From Azospirillaceae bacterium (GTDB taxonomy: Bacteria; Pseudomonadota; Alphaproteobacteria; Azospirillales; Azospirillaceae): a stretch of 63,051 bases of DNA. The notes beneath the pieces were generated by a model. The model was not told where the DNA came from. It worked only from the letters and a program-made list of their open reading frames with translations, and made no database searches. Positions 1 to 8,977 of the stretch are shown in pieces. The first letter of the stretch is position 1, and each line of letters starts with the position of its first letter. A program made the translations under genes and the position numbers. The stretch spans positions 1 to 63,051 of the forward strand of contig DASPKT010000427.1 of the NCBI GenBank assembly GCA_035627915.1, in the 5' to 3' direction.

Positions 1-116
1 TGGTGCCGGCCGACGACGCGGAGCGCGTGCTGCACGGCCGCCTGCTGGACCGCACCGCCGCGCCGCCTGCGCCCGCCCTCAAGGCCGCGGCGCCGGCCGG
101 CTACATCGTGGATTGA
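1..116 (+). CDS. 3' end of an upstream CDS, possibly the CpaC-type secretin C-terminus (partial)
   Basis: Frame 3 is open from the window edge to TGA at 114-116 (...APAGYIVD*). It lies directly upstream of cpaD-cpaE-cpaF, where the secretin gene sits in Tad loci. Only 37 codons are visible, so the family call is contextual. Confidence 0.3.
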   Translation, partial: VPADDAERVLHGRLLDRTAAPPAPALKAAAPAGYIVD

Positions 117-204
117 GGGAGGGGACGATGCGCGGTTCGGCGGGGACGGGGTGGATGGTCCGGGTGCGCGTGGCGTGGCCGGGTGCGGCTGAGGCGCGGT
201 GCGT

Positions 205-486
205 GCTTCGACAGGCCCGGGATGAGGAGGGCTTGGCGGCCGGCGGTTCCGATGCCCTTCTCCGTCACCCCGGCGAAAGCCGGGGTCCAGGGGCCGCAGG
301 CGCCACGGCGAAGCAGCCCTGGATTCCGGCTTTCGCCGGAATGACGGAATGGAGGCGTGAGGAGAATGCCCCCCGCAAAGCGCTTCGGGAAGAGAGGCGG
401 TGGATGCCAAGCCAGGCGCAGCCAGCGGGAGCAGCAACCTCCCTGTGGAGCATCGACACGCCCCTCAGCCTGAGCCTGTCGAAGGC
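205..486. repeat. Composite nested-palindrome REP/MITE-like element
   Basis: The outer pair is GCTTCGACAGGCCCGGGATGAGG (205-227) and CCTCAGCCTGAGCCTGTCGAAGGC (463-486). The inner pair is GTCACCCCGGCGAAAGCCGGGGTCCAGG (264-291) and CCTGGATTCCGGCTTTCGCCGGAATGAC (318-345). The same module types occur at 8978, 30996 and 60203. Confidence 0.55.
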
Positions 487-1117
487 TGCACCCCGCTTCC
501 GCAGCACCCTGTCCTGCGCGCTCCCCGCCGCCCTCATGCTGCTGCTGGCCGCCTGCACGGCGCCCGACGGGCCGCCGCCGGCGCGCATGACGGAGGGCTT
601 GCCCGTCGCCGACCGGCAGGAGGCGGTGCACGCCGTCCGCTTCGCCCCCGGCTCGCCCGCGCCCGACGAGGCGGAGCGGCGGCGGCTCGGCGCCTTCCTG
701 GACGCGCTGCGGCTGCGGCCGGGCGACCGGGTGGCGGTGGAGTACCGGGAGGAGGAGGCCTCCGCCATCGCCGAGCGGCGCACGGCGTCGCTGCTGGACG
801 CGCTTCAGTCCCGGGGCCTGCGGGCGGTGCGCCGGGGCTGGGAGGCCGGGCTGGGACCGGACCTGCTGCGCGTCGCCGCCGACCGCACGACGCTCGCCGC
901 GCCGGGCTGCCCGGACTGGACGGAGGACATGGGCGCCAAGTGGCTGAACCGACCGGCGCCGAACCTGGGCTGCGCCACCGCGGCCAACCTTGCGGCGCAG
1001 GCCGCCCGGCCGGCCGACCTGGTGGAGGGCGAGGTGCCGGGCCCGGCCTACGCGCGTGCGGCACCCCGGGCCTCCGGCGCCGCCCCGGCCGCAGCCGGCG
1101 TCCCCGGGGCACGATGA
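404..1117 (+). CDS. cpaD: CpaD-family pilus assembly lipoprotein
   Basis: Lies in the frame of track ORF 113..1117. It has a lipoprotein-type signal (...ALMLLLAAC). The C-terminal part (CPDW...NLGCATAANLAA...ADL) resembles CpaD. The first ATG (404) was taken, but the 5' region overlaps a REP/MITE-like element (205..486), so the true start is uncertain. Confidence 0.55.
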   Translation: MPSQAQPAGAATSLWSIDTPLSLSLSKAAPRFRSTLSCALPAALMLLLAACTAPDGPPPARMTEGLPVADRQEAVHAVRFAPGSPAPDEAERRRLGAFLDALRLRPGDRVAVEYREEEASAIAERRTASLLDALQSRGLRAVRRGWEAGLGPDLLRVAADRTTLAAPGCPDWTEDMGAKWLNRPAPNLGCATAANLAAQAARPADLVEGEVPGPAYARAAPRASGAAPAAAGVPGAR

Positions 1118-1127
1118 GGAGGAAGAG

Positions 1128-2348
1128 ATGGGCGCCCTGCCGATGATGGACACGATGCCGGCCGGCCTGCACCCGGCCTTCCTGGGGGCCGGCGGCGACG
1201 ACGCCACGGTGCAGCTGCTGCGCCTGCTGGCGCGCGAGCAGGGCTGGCCCTCCACCGCGGTCATGCGCGGCGGTGCCGCGGCGGCGGAGGCGCTGCCGCT
1301 CGCCCCCGGCCAGCCCAGGCTGATGGTGGTCGACCTGGACGGGGAGGCGGAGCCGCTGGCCGCCGTCGCCCGGCTGGTCGGCCGCGTCGGTGCCGCGACC
1401 CGGCTGGTGGCGCTGGGCACCGCCAACGACGTGGCGCTCTACCGCGGGCTGCTGGCGGCGGGCGCCGCCGACTATTTGGTGAAGCCGGTCGCCGCCGACG
1501 CGCTGCGCCAGGCGATGACGGAGCCGTCGGCGCCGGCGGCGTCCCCGCGCCAAGCCGAGCCCGCCCAGGGCAAGGTCGTCGTCGTGGTCGGCGTGCGCGG
1601 CGGGGTGGGGGCCAGCACGGTCGCCACCAACGCCGCCTGGATGATGGCGCACGAGCTGAAACTGAACACGGCGCTCCTCGACCTCGACCTCCAGTTCGGG
1701 ACCAGCGCCCTGTCGCTGGACCTGGAGCCCGGCCGCGGCCTGCGCGAGGCGCTGGAGGCGCCGGACCGGCTCGACCCGCTGCTGCTGGCCAGCTCCATGG
1801 TGGCGGAGAGCGAGCGGCTGTCGGTCCTGGGGGCGGAGGAACCGCTGGAGGACACGGTGCAGTTCGACCAGCAGGCGCTGGCGACCCTGATGCGGGAGCT
1901 GAAGGGCCAGTTCGACTGCATCGTGGTCGACATGCCGCGCGCCCTGGTGCCCGTCCACCGCCGCCTGCTGGCGGGGGCGGAGAGCGTGACCCTGGTCTCC
2001 GACCTGTCGCTGGCGGGCATCCGCGACACGGTGCGCCTGACCCAGGCGATCCAGGCGGCGGCCGGCACGGTGCGGGTGCTGCCCGTGGCGGCCCGCGCCG
2101 GCAAGGAGCGCCGCCCCCAGGTCGACCGCGCCACCTTCGAGCGCGGCATCCACGGCACGCTGGCGGCCCTGGTGCCGGAGGACGCGAAGTCCGTCACGGC
2201 GGCCGCCAACCAGGGCAAGGCGCTGGGCGTGGTCGCCCGCTCCGCCCCCGTCACCGCGGCGCTGCGCACGCTCGCGGAGCGCATGTCGGGCGCCGTCCCG
2301 CCGCCCAAGCCCGGGCTGATGCAGCGCCTGCTGAAGAGGAAGCCATGA
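1128..2348 (+). CDS. cpaE: CpaE-family pilus assembly protein (receiver-like N-domain plus MinD/ParA-type ATPase)
   Basis: ATG at 1128 is preceded by GAGGAGGAAGAG. It has a deviant P-loop (VVVVGVRGGVGASTVATN) and an ATGA stop/start overlap with cpaF. The position fits a Tad locus. Confidence 0.8.
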   Translation: MGALPMMDTMPAGLHPAFLGAGGDDATVQLLRLLAREQGWPSTAVMRGGAAAAEALPLAPGQPRLMVVDLDGEAEPLAAVARLVGRVGAATRLVALGTANDVALYRGLLAAGAADYLVKPVAADALRQAMTEPSAPAASPRQAEPAQGKVVVVVGVRGGVGASTVATNAAWMMAHELKLNTALLDLDLQFGTSALSLDLEPGRGLREALEAPDRLDPLLLASSMVAESERLSVLGAEEPLEDTVQFDQQALATLMRELKGQFDCIVVDMPRALVPVHRRLLAGAESVTLVSDLSLAGIRDTVRLTQAIQAAAGTVRVLPVAARAGKERRPQVDRATFERGIHGTLAALVPEDAKSVTAAANQGKALGVVARSAPVTAALRTLAERMSGAVPPPKPGLMQRLLKRKP

Positions 2349-4063
2349 ACGACGGTCCCGGAAACGGCATCCCCGGAAACGGCATCCCCGGCAACGGCCT
2401 TCCCGGAGGTGGCCTCCCTGGAGGTGGCCTCCCTGGCACTGGACGGGGCCCCGGCGCCACCTCGCCCCGCATCGCGGAGCTGTCGGCGCGCCTGTTCGAC
2501 CGGGTGGCGGAGCGGCTGCCGCCCGCCCGCGCCGGCACCCTGCCGCGCGGCGAGGTGGCGCGCGAGGTAAAGCAGGCGCTCTCCGACCTGGCGCCGCCGG
2601 AATGCCGCGAGCTGAACCTGCTGGACCAGCGCGACCTGGTCACGGCCCTCATCAACGCGCTGCTGGCGGCGGCGCCGAAGCCGGCGGCGCCCGTGCAGCC
2701 GGTGCCCGAGGCCGAGGCGCCGCCCGAGCCGCCGCGCCCCGCGGCGGCACCGGTGCTGCGCCTGGTGGAGCCGGAGCCGGCGGCGGCCGGCCGCTCCCAG
2801 GTCAACGCGGCGGGGATCGAGCAGGCCAAGGCCCGCATCCAGGGCCCGCTGATGGAGCGCATAGACACCAGCGCCGCCGCCCGCCTGCCGCGCCAGCACT
2901 TGGCGGGCGAGGTCGGCGACCTCGTGGTGGAGCTGCTGGCCGAGCAGAAGATCCAGCTGAACGCGCCGGAGCGGGCGGAGCTGGTGGAGCGGCTGCTGGA
3001 CGACATGCTGGGGCTGGGCCCGCTGGAGCCGCTGCTGGCGGACGAGGCGGTCAACGACATACTGGTCAACGGCCCCAACCAGGTCTTCGTGGAGCGCCGC
3101 GGCAAGCTGGAGCTGACCGACGTGCGCTTCCGCGACAACGCCCACGTCATGTCGGTCGCCACCCGCATCGTCACTGCCATCGGGCGCCGGGTGGACGAGA
3201 GCTCGCCCCTGGTGGACGCGCGGCTGGCCGACGGCAGCCGCGTCAACATCATCATCCCGCCGCTGGCGATCGACGGGCCCAGCATCTCCATCCGCAAGTT
3301 CTCCAAGAAGAAGATCACGCTGGACGTGATGCAGCGGCAGGAGAACCTGTCGCCCGCGATGGCGACGGTGCTGCGCATCGCCTCGCGCTGCCGGCTCAAC
3401 ATCCTGATCTCCGGCGGCACCGGCTCGGGCAAGACGACGCTGCTGAACGCGCTGTCGCAGATGATCGACCACGGGGAGCGCATCGTCACCATCGAGGACG
3501 CGGCGGAGCTGCAGTTGCAGCAGCCGCACGTGGTCCGGCTGGAGACGCGCCCCGCCAACCTGGAGGGGCAAGGGGAGATCACCATGCGCGACCTGGTGAA
3601 GAACGCGCTCCGCATGCGCCCCGACCGCATCATCCTGGGCGAGATCCGGGGGGCCGAGGCGCTGGACATGCTGCAGGCCATGAACACGGGCCACGACGGC
3701 TCGCTCGGCACCATCCACGCCAACCGCCCGCGCGAGGCGCTGACCCGGCTGGAGAACATGGTCGGCATGTCCGGCATCAACCTGCCGGCCAAGGCGGTGC
3801 GCACGCAGATCGCCTCCGCGGTCGACCTGATCGTGCAGGTCAGCCGCATGCGCGACGGCGTGCGCCGCATCACCTACGTCAGCGAGGTCGTGGGCATGGA
3901 GGGCGACGTCATCACCATGCAGGACCTGTTCTGGTACGAGTATGCGGGCGAGGCGCCCGGCGGCCGGCTGATCGGGGAGTTCAAGACGGCCGGCATCCGG
4001 CCGCACTTCACCCAGCGCGCCGCCTATTTCGGCCTCGACCGCGCGCTCCTGGAAGCGGTCTGA
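2345..4063 (+). CDS. cpaF: CpaF/TadA-family type IV secretion/pilus ATPase
   Basis: 572 aa with Walker A GGTGSGKTT, and the remaining motifs resemble a secretion ATPase. It lies between cpaE and tadB. The N-terminus carries an unusual G/N/P repeat. Confidence 0.9.
   Translation: MNDGPGNGIPGNGIPGNGLPGGGLPGGGLPGTGRGPGATSPRIAELSARLFDRVAERLPPARAGTLPRGEVAREVKQALSDLAPPECRELNLLDQRDLVTALINALLAAAPKPAAPVQPVPEAEAPPEPPRPAAAPVLRLVEPEPAAAGRSQVNAAGIEQAKARIQGPLMERIDTSAAARLPRQHLAGEVGDLVVELLAEQKIQLNAPERAELVERLLDDMLGLGPLEPLLADEAVNDILVNGPNQVFVERRGKLELTDVRFRDNAHVMSVATRIVTAIGRRVDESSPLVDARLADGSRVNIIIPPLAIDGPSISIRKFSKKKITLDVMQRQENLSPAMATVLRIASRCRLNILISGGTGSGKTTLLNALSQMIDHGERIVTIEDAAELQLQQPHVVRLETRPANLEGQGEITMRDLVKNALRMRPDRIILGEIRGAEALDMLQAMNTGHDGSLGTIHANRPREALTRLENMVGMSGINLPAKAVRTQIASAVDLIVQVSRMRDGVRRITYVSEVVGMEGDVITMQDLFWYEYAGEAPGGRLIGEFKTAGIRPHFTQRAAYFGLDRALLEAV
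2360..2434 (+). repeat. Five in-frame 15-bp tandem units at the 5' end of cpaF (GNGIP GNGIP GNGLP GGGLP GGGLP)
   Basis: ggaaacggcatcccc occurs twice, ggcaacggccttccc once and ggaggtggcctccct twice. Confidence 0.8.
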
Positions 4064-4077
4064 GGGGAGGGGCGGCC

Positions 4078-5052
4078 ATGGTGCGCGATCCCCAGACCAT
4101 CATGATCATCGGCGCCGGCGCGGCGCTTGCCCTGCTGCTGCTCGCCATGGCGGGCGGGGAGGGCAACCCGCGGTTCGAGCGGCGCCTGGCCCGCGCCGGG
4201 CAGGAGGTGGTGCGCGCGCCGGCCGGCGGCGGCTCGGTGCGCCGCTCCACCCACTACAGCGCCATCCCCGGGCTGGACGCGCTGCTGAAGCGGGTGCTGC
4301 CCAACCGGGACAAGCTGCGCCGGCGGCTGGCGCGCACAGGCCGCTCCATCACGCTGGGCCAGTACGTGCTGGCGTCGGCGGTGCTGGCGGGGCTGGCGGC
4401 GCTGCTGTCGCGCCACGCCTTCGCCTTCCCGGCCGCCCTGGCGCTGCCGGTGGGCCTGGCGGTCGGCACCGGCGTGCCGCACATGGTCGTCGGCGTCATG
4501 GGCGCGCGGCGGGTGGCGCGCTTCATCGACGGCTTCCCCGACGCCATCGACCTGATCTGCCGCGGCCTGCGCTCCGGCCTGCCGGTCGTGGAATCCCTCA
4601 TGACGGTGGGTCGCGAGCTGCCCGATCCCATCGGCGTGGAGTTCCGGCGCATCGGCGACGCGGTGCGGCTCGGGCGCTCGCTGGACGAGGCGATGTGGGA
4701 GGTGGCGGGGCGGCTTGATGCGCCGGAGTTCAAGTTCCTCATCATCGCCATGTCGATCCAGCGCGAGACCGGCGGCAACCTGGCGGAGACGCTGGGCAAC
4801 CTGGCCGCCCTGCTGCGCAAGCGCCGCCAGTTGAAGCTGAAGATCAAGGCGCTGTCGTCGGAGGCGAAGGCCAGCGCCTGGATCATCGGCTCGCTGCCCT
4901 TCGCCATGTTCGGGATCATCATGCTGATGAGCCCGGACTACGCGACCGTGCTGCTGAACGACGCCCGCGGCCAGATGATGCTGGGCTTCGGCCTGTTCAT
5001 GATCGGGCTCGGCGCCGCCGTCATGGGCAAGATGGTGAGGTTCGAGATCTGA
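4078..5052 (+). CDS. tadB: TadB-like type II secretion system F-family inner membrane protein
   Basis: ATG at 4078 within the frame of track ORF 2602..5052. The upstream part of that ORF is a shadow frame over cpaF. The product is hydrophobic and polytopic, and its stop overlaps the tadC start (TGATG). Confidence 0.8.
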   Translation: MVRDPQTIMIIGAGAALALLLLAMAGGEGNPRFERRLARAGQEVVRAPAGGGSVRRSTHYSAIPGLDALLKRVLPNRDKLRRRLARTGRSITLGQYVLASAVLAGLAALLSRHAFAFPAALALPVGLAVGTGVPHMVVGVMGARRVARFIDGFPDAIDLICRGLRSGLPVVESLMTVGRELPDPIGVEFRRIGDAVRLGRSLDEAMWEVAGRLDAPEFKFLIIAMSIQRETGGNLAETLGNLAALLRKRRQLKLKIKALSSEAKASAWIIGSLPFAMFGIIMLMSPDYATVLLNDARGQMMLGFGLFMIGLGAAVMGKMVRFEI

Positions 5053-6026
5053 TGGACGCGCTGGACCTCCTCCCCTTCGACCTCGCGCGCGGCGGCGGCT
5101 TGGCAGCGTTGGCCGCGGCGGCGCTGGTCGTGGCGCTCGTCTGGCGGGCGCTGACCGAGCACGACCCGCTGCCGGCCCGCATCAAGGCGCTGGAGGCGCG
5201 GCGGGCGTCCTTGCGCTCCTCCTTCGCCGCGCGCTCGCGCCGGCGGGAGCGGCGGGCGGGGGCAAAGTCCGACTGGTTCGCCCTGCTGGCGCGCCGCCTG
5301 CAGCGGGCGAAGCCGGGCTCCCCCGGCACGGTGCAGCTGCGCCTGGCGCGGGCCGGCATCCGCTCGCGTGCGGCACTGGCGCAGTACCGGCTGGCGGCGA
5401 TGCTGGCCCCGCTGGCGCTGGGCGGCACGGTCGCGGCGCTGGTCTACGGCGCGGACGCCTGGAAGCTGGGGGCCTTGAAGCCGCTGGCGGTGCTGGGGGC
5501 CGCCCTGGCAGGGGCGCTGGCCCCCCGGCTCTACCTGCTGAACCGCACGCAGAAGCGGGTGGACGCCATCCGCAAGGCGCTGCCCGACGGCTTCGACCTG
5601 CTGGTCATCTGCGCCGAGGCCGGCCTCAGCCTGGACGCCGCACTCGACCGGGTGGCGCGGGAGACGGCGCAGAGCGCGCCGGAGCTGTCGGACGAGATCG
5701 CCCTGACGGCGCTGGAGCTGAGCTTCCTGCCCGACCGCGCCAAGGCGCTGGGGGGCCTCGCCGACCGGGTGCCGCTGGCCGGCGTCCGCGCGCTGGTCAA
5801 CACGTTCGCCCAGACCGAGCGCTACGGCACGCCGCTGGCCCAGGCGCTGCGCGTGCTGGCGGCGGAGCTGCGCGACGAGCGGATGATGAAGGCGGAGGAG
5901 AAGGCGGCGCGCCTGCCGGCCGTGCTGACCGTCCCCATGGTCGTCTTCATCCTGCCGCCGCTGTTCGTGGTGCTGATCGGCCCCGCCGTCTTCCGCTCCA
6001 TCGACGCGCTCTCCCACATGAAGTGA
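5052..6026 (+). CDS. tadC: TadC-like type II secretion system F-family inner membrane protein
   Basis: 324 aa, paralogous in architecture to tadB, translationally coupled, and in the canonical position. Confidence 0.8.
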   Translation: MDALDLLPFDLARGGGLAALAAAALVVALVWRALTEHDPLPARIKALEARRASLRSSFAARSRRRERRAGAKSDWFALLARRLQRAKPGSPGTVQLRLARAGIRSRAALAQYRLAAMLAPLALGGTVAALVYGADAWKLGALKPLAVLGAALAGALAPRLYLLNRTQKRVDAIRKALPDGFDLLVICAEAGLSLDAALDRVARETAQSAPELSDEIALTALELSFLPDRAKALGGLADRVPLAGVRALVNTFAQTERYGTPLAQALRVLAAELRDERMMKAEEKAARLPAVLTVPMVVFILPPLFVVLIGPAVFRSIDALSHMK

Positions 6027-6030
6027 GCGC

Positions 6031-6738
6031 CTAGCGCCGCGCCCGGTCGCGCAGCTGGCGGGCGGCGGCCAGGGTGGCGCGGTGGGCGTCGGTGGCGGCG
6101 GGATCGGCGGCCACCTCCTCCAGCAGGGCCGCCCCGCGCTCCTCCTCCCCGTGCAGGGCCAACGACCAGCCCAGGTTCGCCTTCAGCGTCAGGTCGCCGG
6201 GCGCCGCCTTCAGCCCCTGGTCGAAGGCCGCCAGCGCGCCGGCATGGTCGCCCGCCATGTCGAGCGCCACGGCGAGCCCGTTCAGCGACCGCGCATCTCC
6301 CGGCGCTGCGGCCAACGCCCGGCGGTAGGTGGCGGCGGCGTCGGCGGCGCGCTTCAGCGCCAGCTCCGCCCGCCCGGCGCCGCGCAGCGCCTCCAGGTTC
6401 GCGGGCTCCGCCGACAGCGCCGCCCGGTACGCCTCCAGCGCCGCCTCCGGCGCGCCGCCCTCCCAGGCGATGGCGGCGAGCGCCAGCGGCGCGGCGGCGA
6501 GGTCGGGGCGCAGCGCCGCCGCCCGGCGGTAGAGCGCCGCGGCGCTGGCGGCGTCGCCGCCCTGGCGGGTGGCGGCGGCGACCCGCATCAGCTCCTCGTA
6601 CCCCTCCGCCCGCGCGGCCGCCGGGGGCGCGCCGGCCCGGGTGGCGCAGCCCGCCGGCAGGAGCGCGCAGAGCGGCAGGGCCAGCAGCGCCAGCCGCAGG
6701 GCGGGGCCGCGGCGGGAGGGGAGGGAAGGACGGGCCAC
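6031..6738 (-). CDS. TPR-repeat lipoprotein (TadD/CpaI-like by context)
   Basis: Signal peptide with lipobox LLPAGC. It has Ala-rich TPR-like repeats (AALYRRAAALRPD..., EAYRAALSAEP..., ATYRRALAAAP...). It is convergent on tadC. Confidence 0.65.
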   Translation of the reverse strand: MARPSLPSRRGPALRLALLALPLCALLPAGCATRAGAPPAAARAEGYEELMRVAAATRQGGDAASAAALYRRAAALRPDLAAAPLALAAIAWEGGAPEAALEAYRAALSAEPANLEALRGAGRAELALKRAADAAATYRRALAAAPGDARSLNGLAVALDMAGDHAGALAAFDQGLKAAPGDLTLKANLGWSLALHGEEERGAALLEEVAADPAATDAHRATLAAARQLRDRARR

Positions 6739-6901
6739 CGGTCACTCCTGACGGGGTAGGGGGTAACTCATTCTAGCGCGCCGTCCCAAATAATGGTACA
6801 GTCCGGAAAGTAGACGAGCGCAGTAAATTAATAATCCGTAAAATTCTAACAAACTTCACGCGAGCCATGACCCTGCGAACCCTATCCCCGGCAGCGGCGC
6901 G

Positions 6902-7423
6902 ATGACGGCCTCGACGGCCGCCGAGCTGAAGCCGACGCGGGCCGAGCGTCAGCCGGCCGGTCGGCCCTATCACGACCTGGCGCGGCTGATCGAGCGGCTG
7001 CACCGGCGGTTCCTGGACGTGGTCCGGATCGAGCTGGCGCGGCTGGGGGTGGAGGACATCTCCCCGGTCCAGGCCCTGATGATGATGACCATCGGCGGCG
7101 GCGAGGAGCTGTCGGTCCGCGACCTGATCGAGCGCGGGTACTATCTGGGCTCCAACGCCTCCTACAACCTGAAGCACCTGGTGGAGGCCGGCTACGTCGA
7201 CCGCGCCCAATCGCAGCGCGACCGCCGCTCGGCCCGGCTGCGGCTGTCGCCGCGCGGGGCGGAGCTGGTGGCGGAACTGCGCCGGCTGGAGACCAGCCAC
7301 ATCGACAATCTGGTGCGCGGCGACGCCGAGGGGCAGGACCTCGAGGCGACCTACCGCACCCTGCGCCGCCTGGAGCGGACCTGGACAGATGTCATCCGGT
7401 ACGACGCGACGGACTTCGACTGA
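6902..7423 (+). CDS. MarR-family transcriptional regulator
   Basis: 173 aa with a winged-helix core (LSVRDLIERGYYLGSNASYNLKHLVEAGYVDRAQSQRDRRSARLRLSPRG) typical of MarR-like proteins. An AT-rich divergent promoter region lies upstream. Confidence 0.7.
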   Translation: MTASTAAELKPTRAERQPAGRPYHDLARLIERLHRRFLDVVRIELARLGVEDISPVQALMMMTIGGGEELSVRDLIERGYYLGSNASYNLKHLVEAGYVDRAQSQRDRRSARLRLSPRGAELVAELRRLETSHIDNLVRGDAEGQDLEATYRTLRRLERTWTDVIRYDATDFD

Positions 7424-7600
7424 CGCGCGCGGGCGCGGCCGTCCCTTGGGCGCCGCGCCGGATGACAGGAAATTTCCGAGAGTTTTACTTGAATCCCGGC
7501 GATGCGGCGGCCGCCCCGGCCGGGATGCGTATGGGCGGCACATGGGCGGGCTTTGCCCGGCCGCGGGGGGCGGCCGGGGGCTCCTGACCGGAGAAGGGCG

Positions 7601-8776
7601 ATGACCGGCAATTCCCTGAACGCCACCGACGTGGACCGTCTGCTGATCGACCGCTCCGCCGAGGCGCGGATCGAGACCATGACCAAGGTCGTGCGCGACC
7701 TGCAGGCGAACCGGCTGGAGGGACGCGAGGCGGAGCTCGCCCGCGACGTCATCTGCCGCTTCGCCCGCGACGCCGAGGCGGCGGTGCGCGAGGCGGTGGC
7801 CTGGCAGATCCACAACAGCCCGCTGCTGTCCGACGACCTCGCCCGGCGGCTCGCCAGCGACGTCGGCAAGGTGGCCTTCCCCGTGCTGCGCCACGCCCGC
7901 ACCTTCGCCGACGACTTCCTCCTGGAGGTCATCGGCCAGCGCGACGCGGAGAAGCAGGTCGCCATCGCCGGCCGCGACGGCGTCTCGCCCAAGGTGGCCG
8001 ACGCCATCGTGGAGAGCGCCAACCTGTCGGCCATCGGCACGCTGCTGCGCAACGAGACCGCCGACATCCAGGCGCCGACGCTGGAGAAGGTGGCCGACCG
8101 CTACGGCGACGTGCCCTTCGTCGCCGAGCCGCTGGCCGCCCGCCCGCAGCTGCCCATCACCGTGGTGGAGAAGCTGATCCACCAGGTTTCGGAGGAGCTG
8201 CGCCAGACGCTGGCGGAGCGCTACCGCCTGGCCCCCGCCGTGGTGGCGGAGCTGATCGGGCGGGGGCGCGAGGCCGCGACCATGCTGATGCTGCAGCCGC
8301 TGGCCAAGCGCTCCACCGACGTGGAGCTGCTGGCCCGCCACCTGCACCTGAACGGCCGCCTGACCGCGTCGCTGCTGTTCCGCGCGCTGTGCGCCGGCGA
8401 CGTCGGCCTGTTCGTGGCCGGCATCGCGGTGCGCGCCGGCATCGCCCCGGACAACGCCCGCACCCTGCTGTTCGACGACGGCGAGCGGGCGCTGAAGGCC
8501 GTCTTCGACAAGGCCCGCATCTCCACCCTGCTGCTGCCGCCCTTCCAGTCGGCCCTGGGGGTGGTGAAGGAGACCGGCTACGACGGCGACGAGGCGCGCC
8601 GCCGCGCCTTCCAGACCACCGTGCTCGCCCGCGTCTACGCCGAGTGCGGCCACATCGAGGAGCGCGCCGTCGACGACCTCCTGATGCAGCTCTTCGACCA
8701 GAAGAGCGAGGAGATGATCGACCAGGCCATGGACCTCGCCGGCATGCCCTTCCTGCCGATCCGCGGGAGGGCGTGA
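7601..8776 (+). CDS. DUF2336 domain-containing protein
   Basis: ATG at 7601 (MTGNSLNATDVDRLL...) within track ORF 7502..8776. The product is helical-repeat in character and resembles alphaproteobacterial DUF2336 proteins. The family assignment is from memory. Confidence 0.55.
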   Translation: MTGNSLNATDVDRLLIDRSAEARIETMTKVVRDLQANRLEGREAELARDVICRFARDAEAAVREAVAWQIHNSPLLSDDLARRLASDVGKVAFPVLRHARTFADDFLLEVIGQRDAEKQVAIAGRDGVSPKVADAIVESANLSAIGTLLRNETADIQAPTLEKVADRYGDVPFVAEPLAARPQLPITVVEKLIHQVSEELRQTLAERYRLAPAVVAELIGRGREAATMLMLQPLAKRSTDVELLARHLHLNGRLTASLLFRALCAGDVGLFVAGIAVRAGIAPDNARTLLFDDGERALKAVFDKARISTLLLPPFQSALGVVKETGYDGDEARRRAFQTTVLARVYAECGHIEERAVDDLLMQLFDQKSEEMIDQAMDLAGMPFLPIRGRA

Positions 8777-8780
8777 GGGG

Positions 8781-8836
8781 GGCTGCTAGTCCGGTATGTC
8801 GCATGGAGCGCCAGCGCAATGCGACGCGTAGCAGCC
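8781..8836. repeat. Nested hairpin of the GTCGCAT(T/G)G...CAATGCGAC repeat family
   Basis: GGCTGCTA...TAGCAGCC encloses GTCGCATGGAGCGCCAGCGCAATGCGAC (8798-8825). Related copies lie at 10154-10182 and 10205-10232. Confidence 0.55.
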
Positions 8837-8977
8837 CGGCCCATGGCCCGGGTCGCCGCATTGCGCCTGCGGCTCTCAGCGGCCTTGCCCGGCGGGAGTG
8901 AGGCAGAGCGGTGGTATCCAAGAGGGAAGCGGGCTACGCAGCTCTCCCCCCGCGCTGCCACGGCAACCCCGTCTGCC

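Noticed and set aside
2360-2434. Possible CRISPR-like or contingency array, because of regular short repeats (also 51907..51951)
   Set aside because: The units are contiguous 15-mers without spacers and lie in-frame inside recognisable genes. They are coding tandem repeats, not CRISPR.
101-4006. Long minus-strand ORFs (101..1426, 534..2153, 1472..4006, 2251..3873) antisense to cpaD-cpaE-cpaF
   Set aside because: Their translations are Arg/Ala/Gly/Pro-rich low-complexity with no motifs. They overlap plus-strand genes that have clear family signatures. These are typical stop-codon-poor shadow frames of very GC-rich DNA.
2602-4077. 5' two-thirds of the 816-aa plus-strand ORF 2602..5052
   Set aside because: Only the part from ATG 4078 reads as a membrane protein (TadB). 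The upstream part is an out-of-frame overlap of cpaF with an RGAP-rich nonsense translation.
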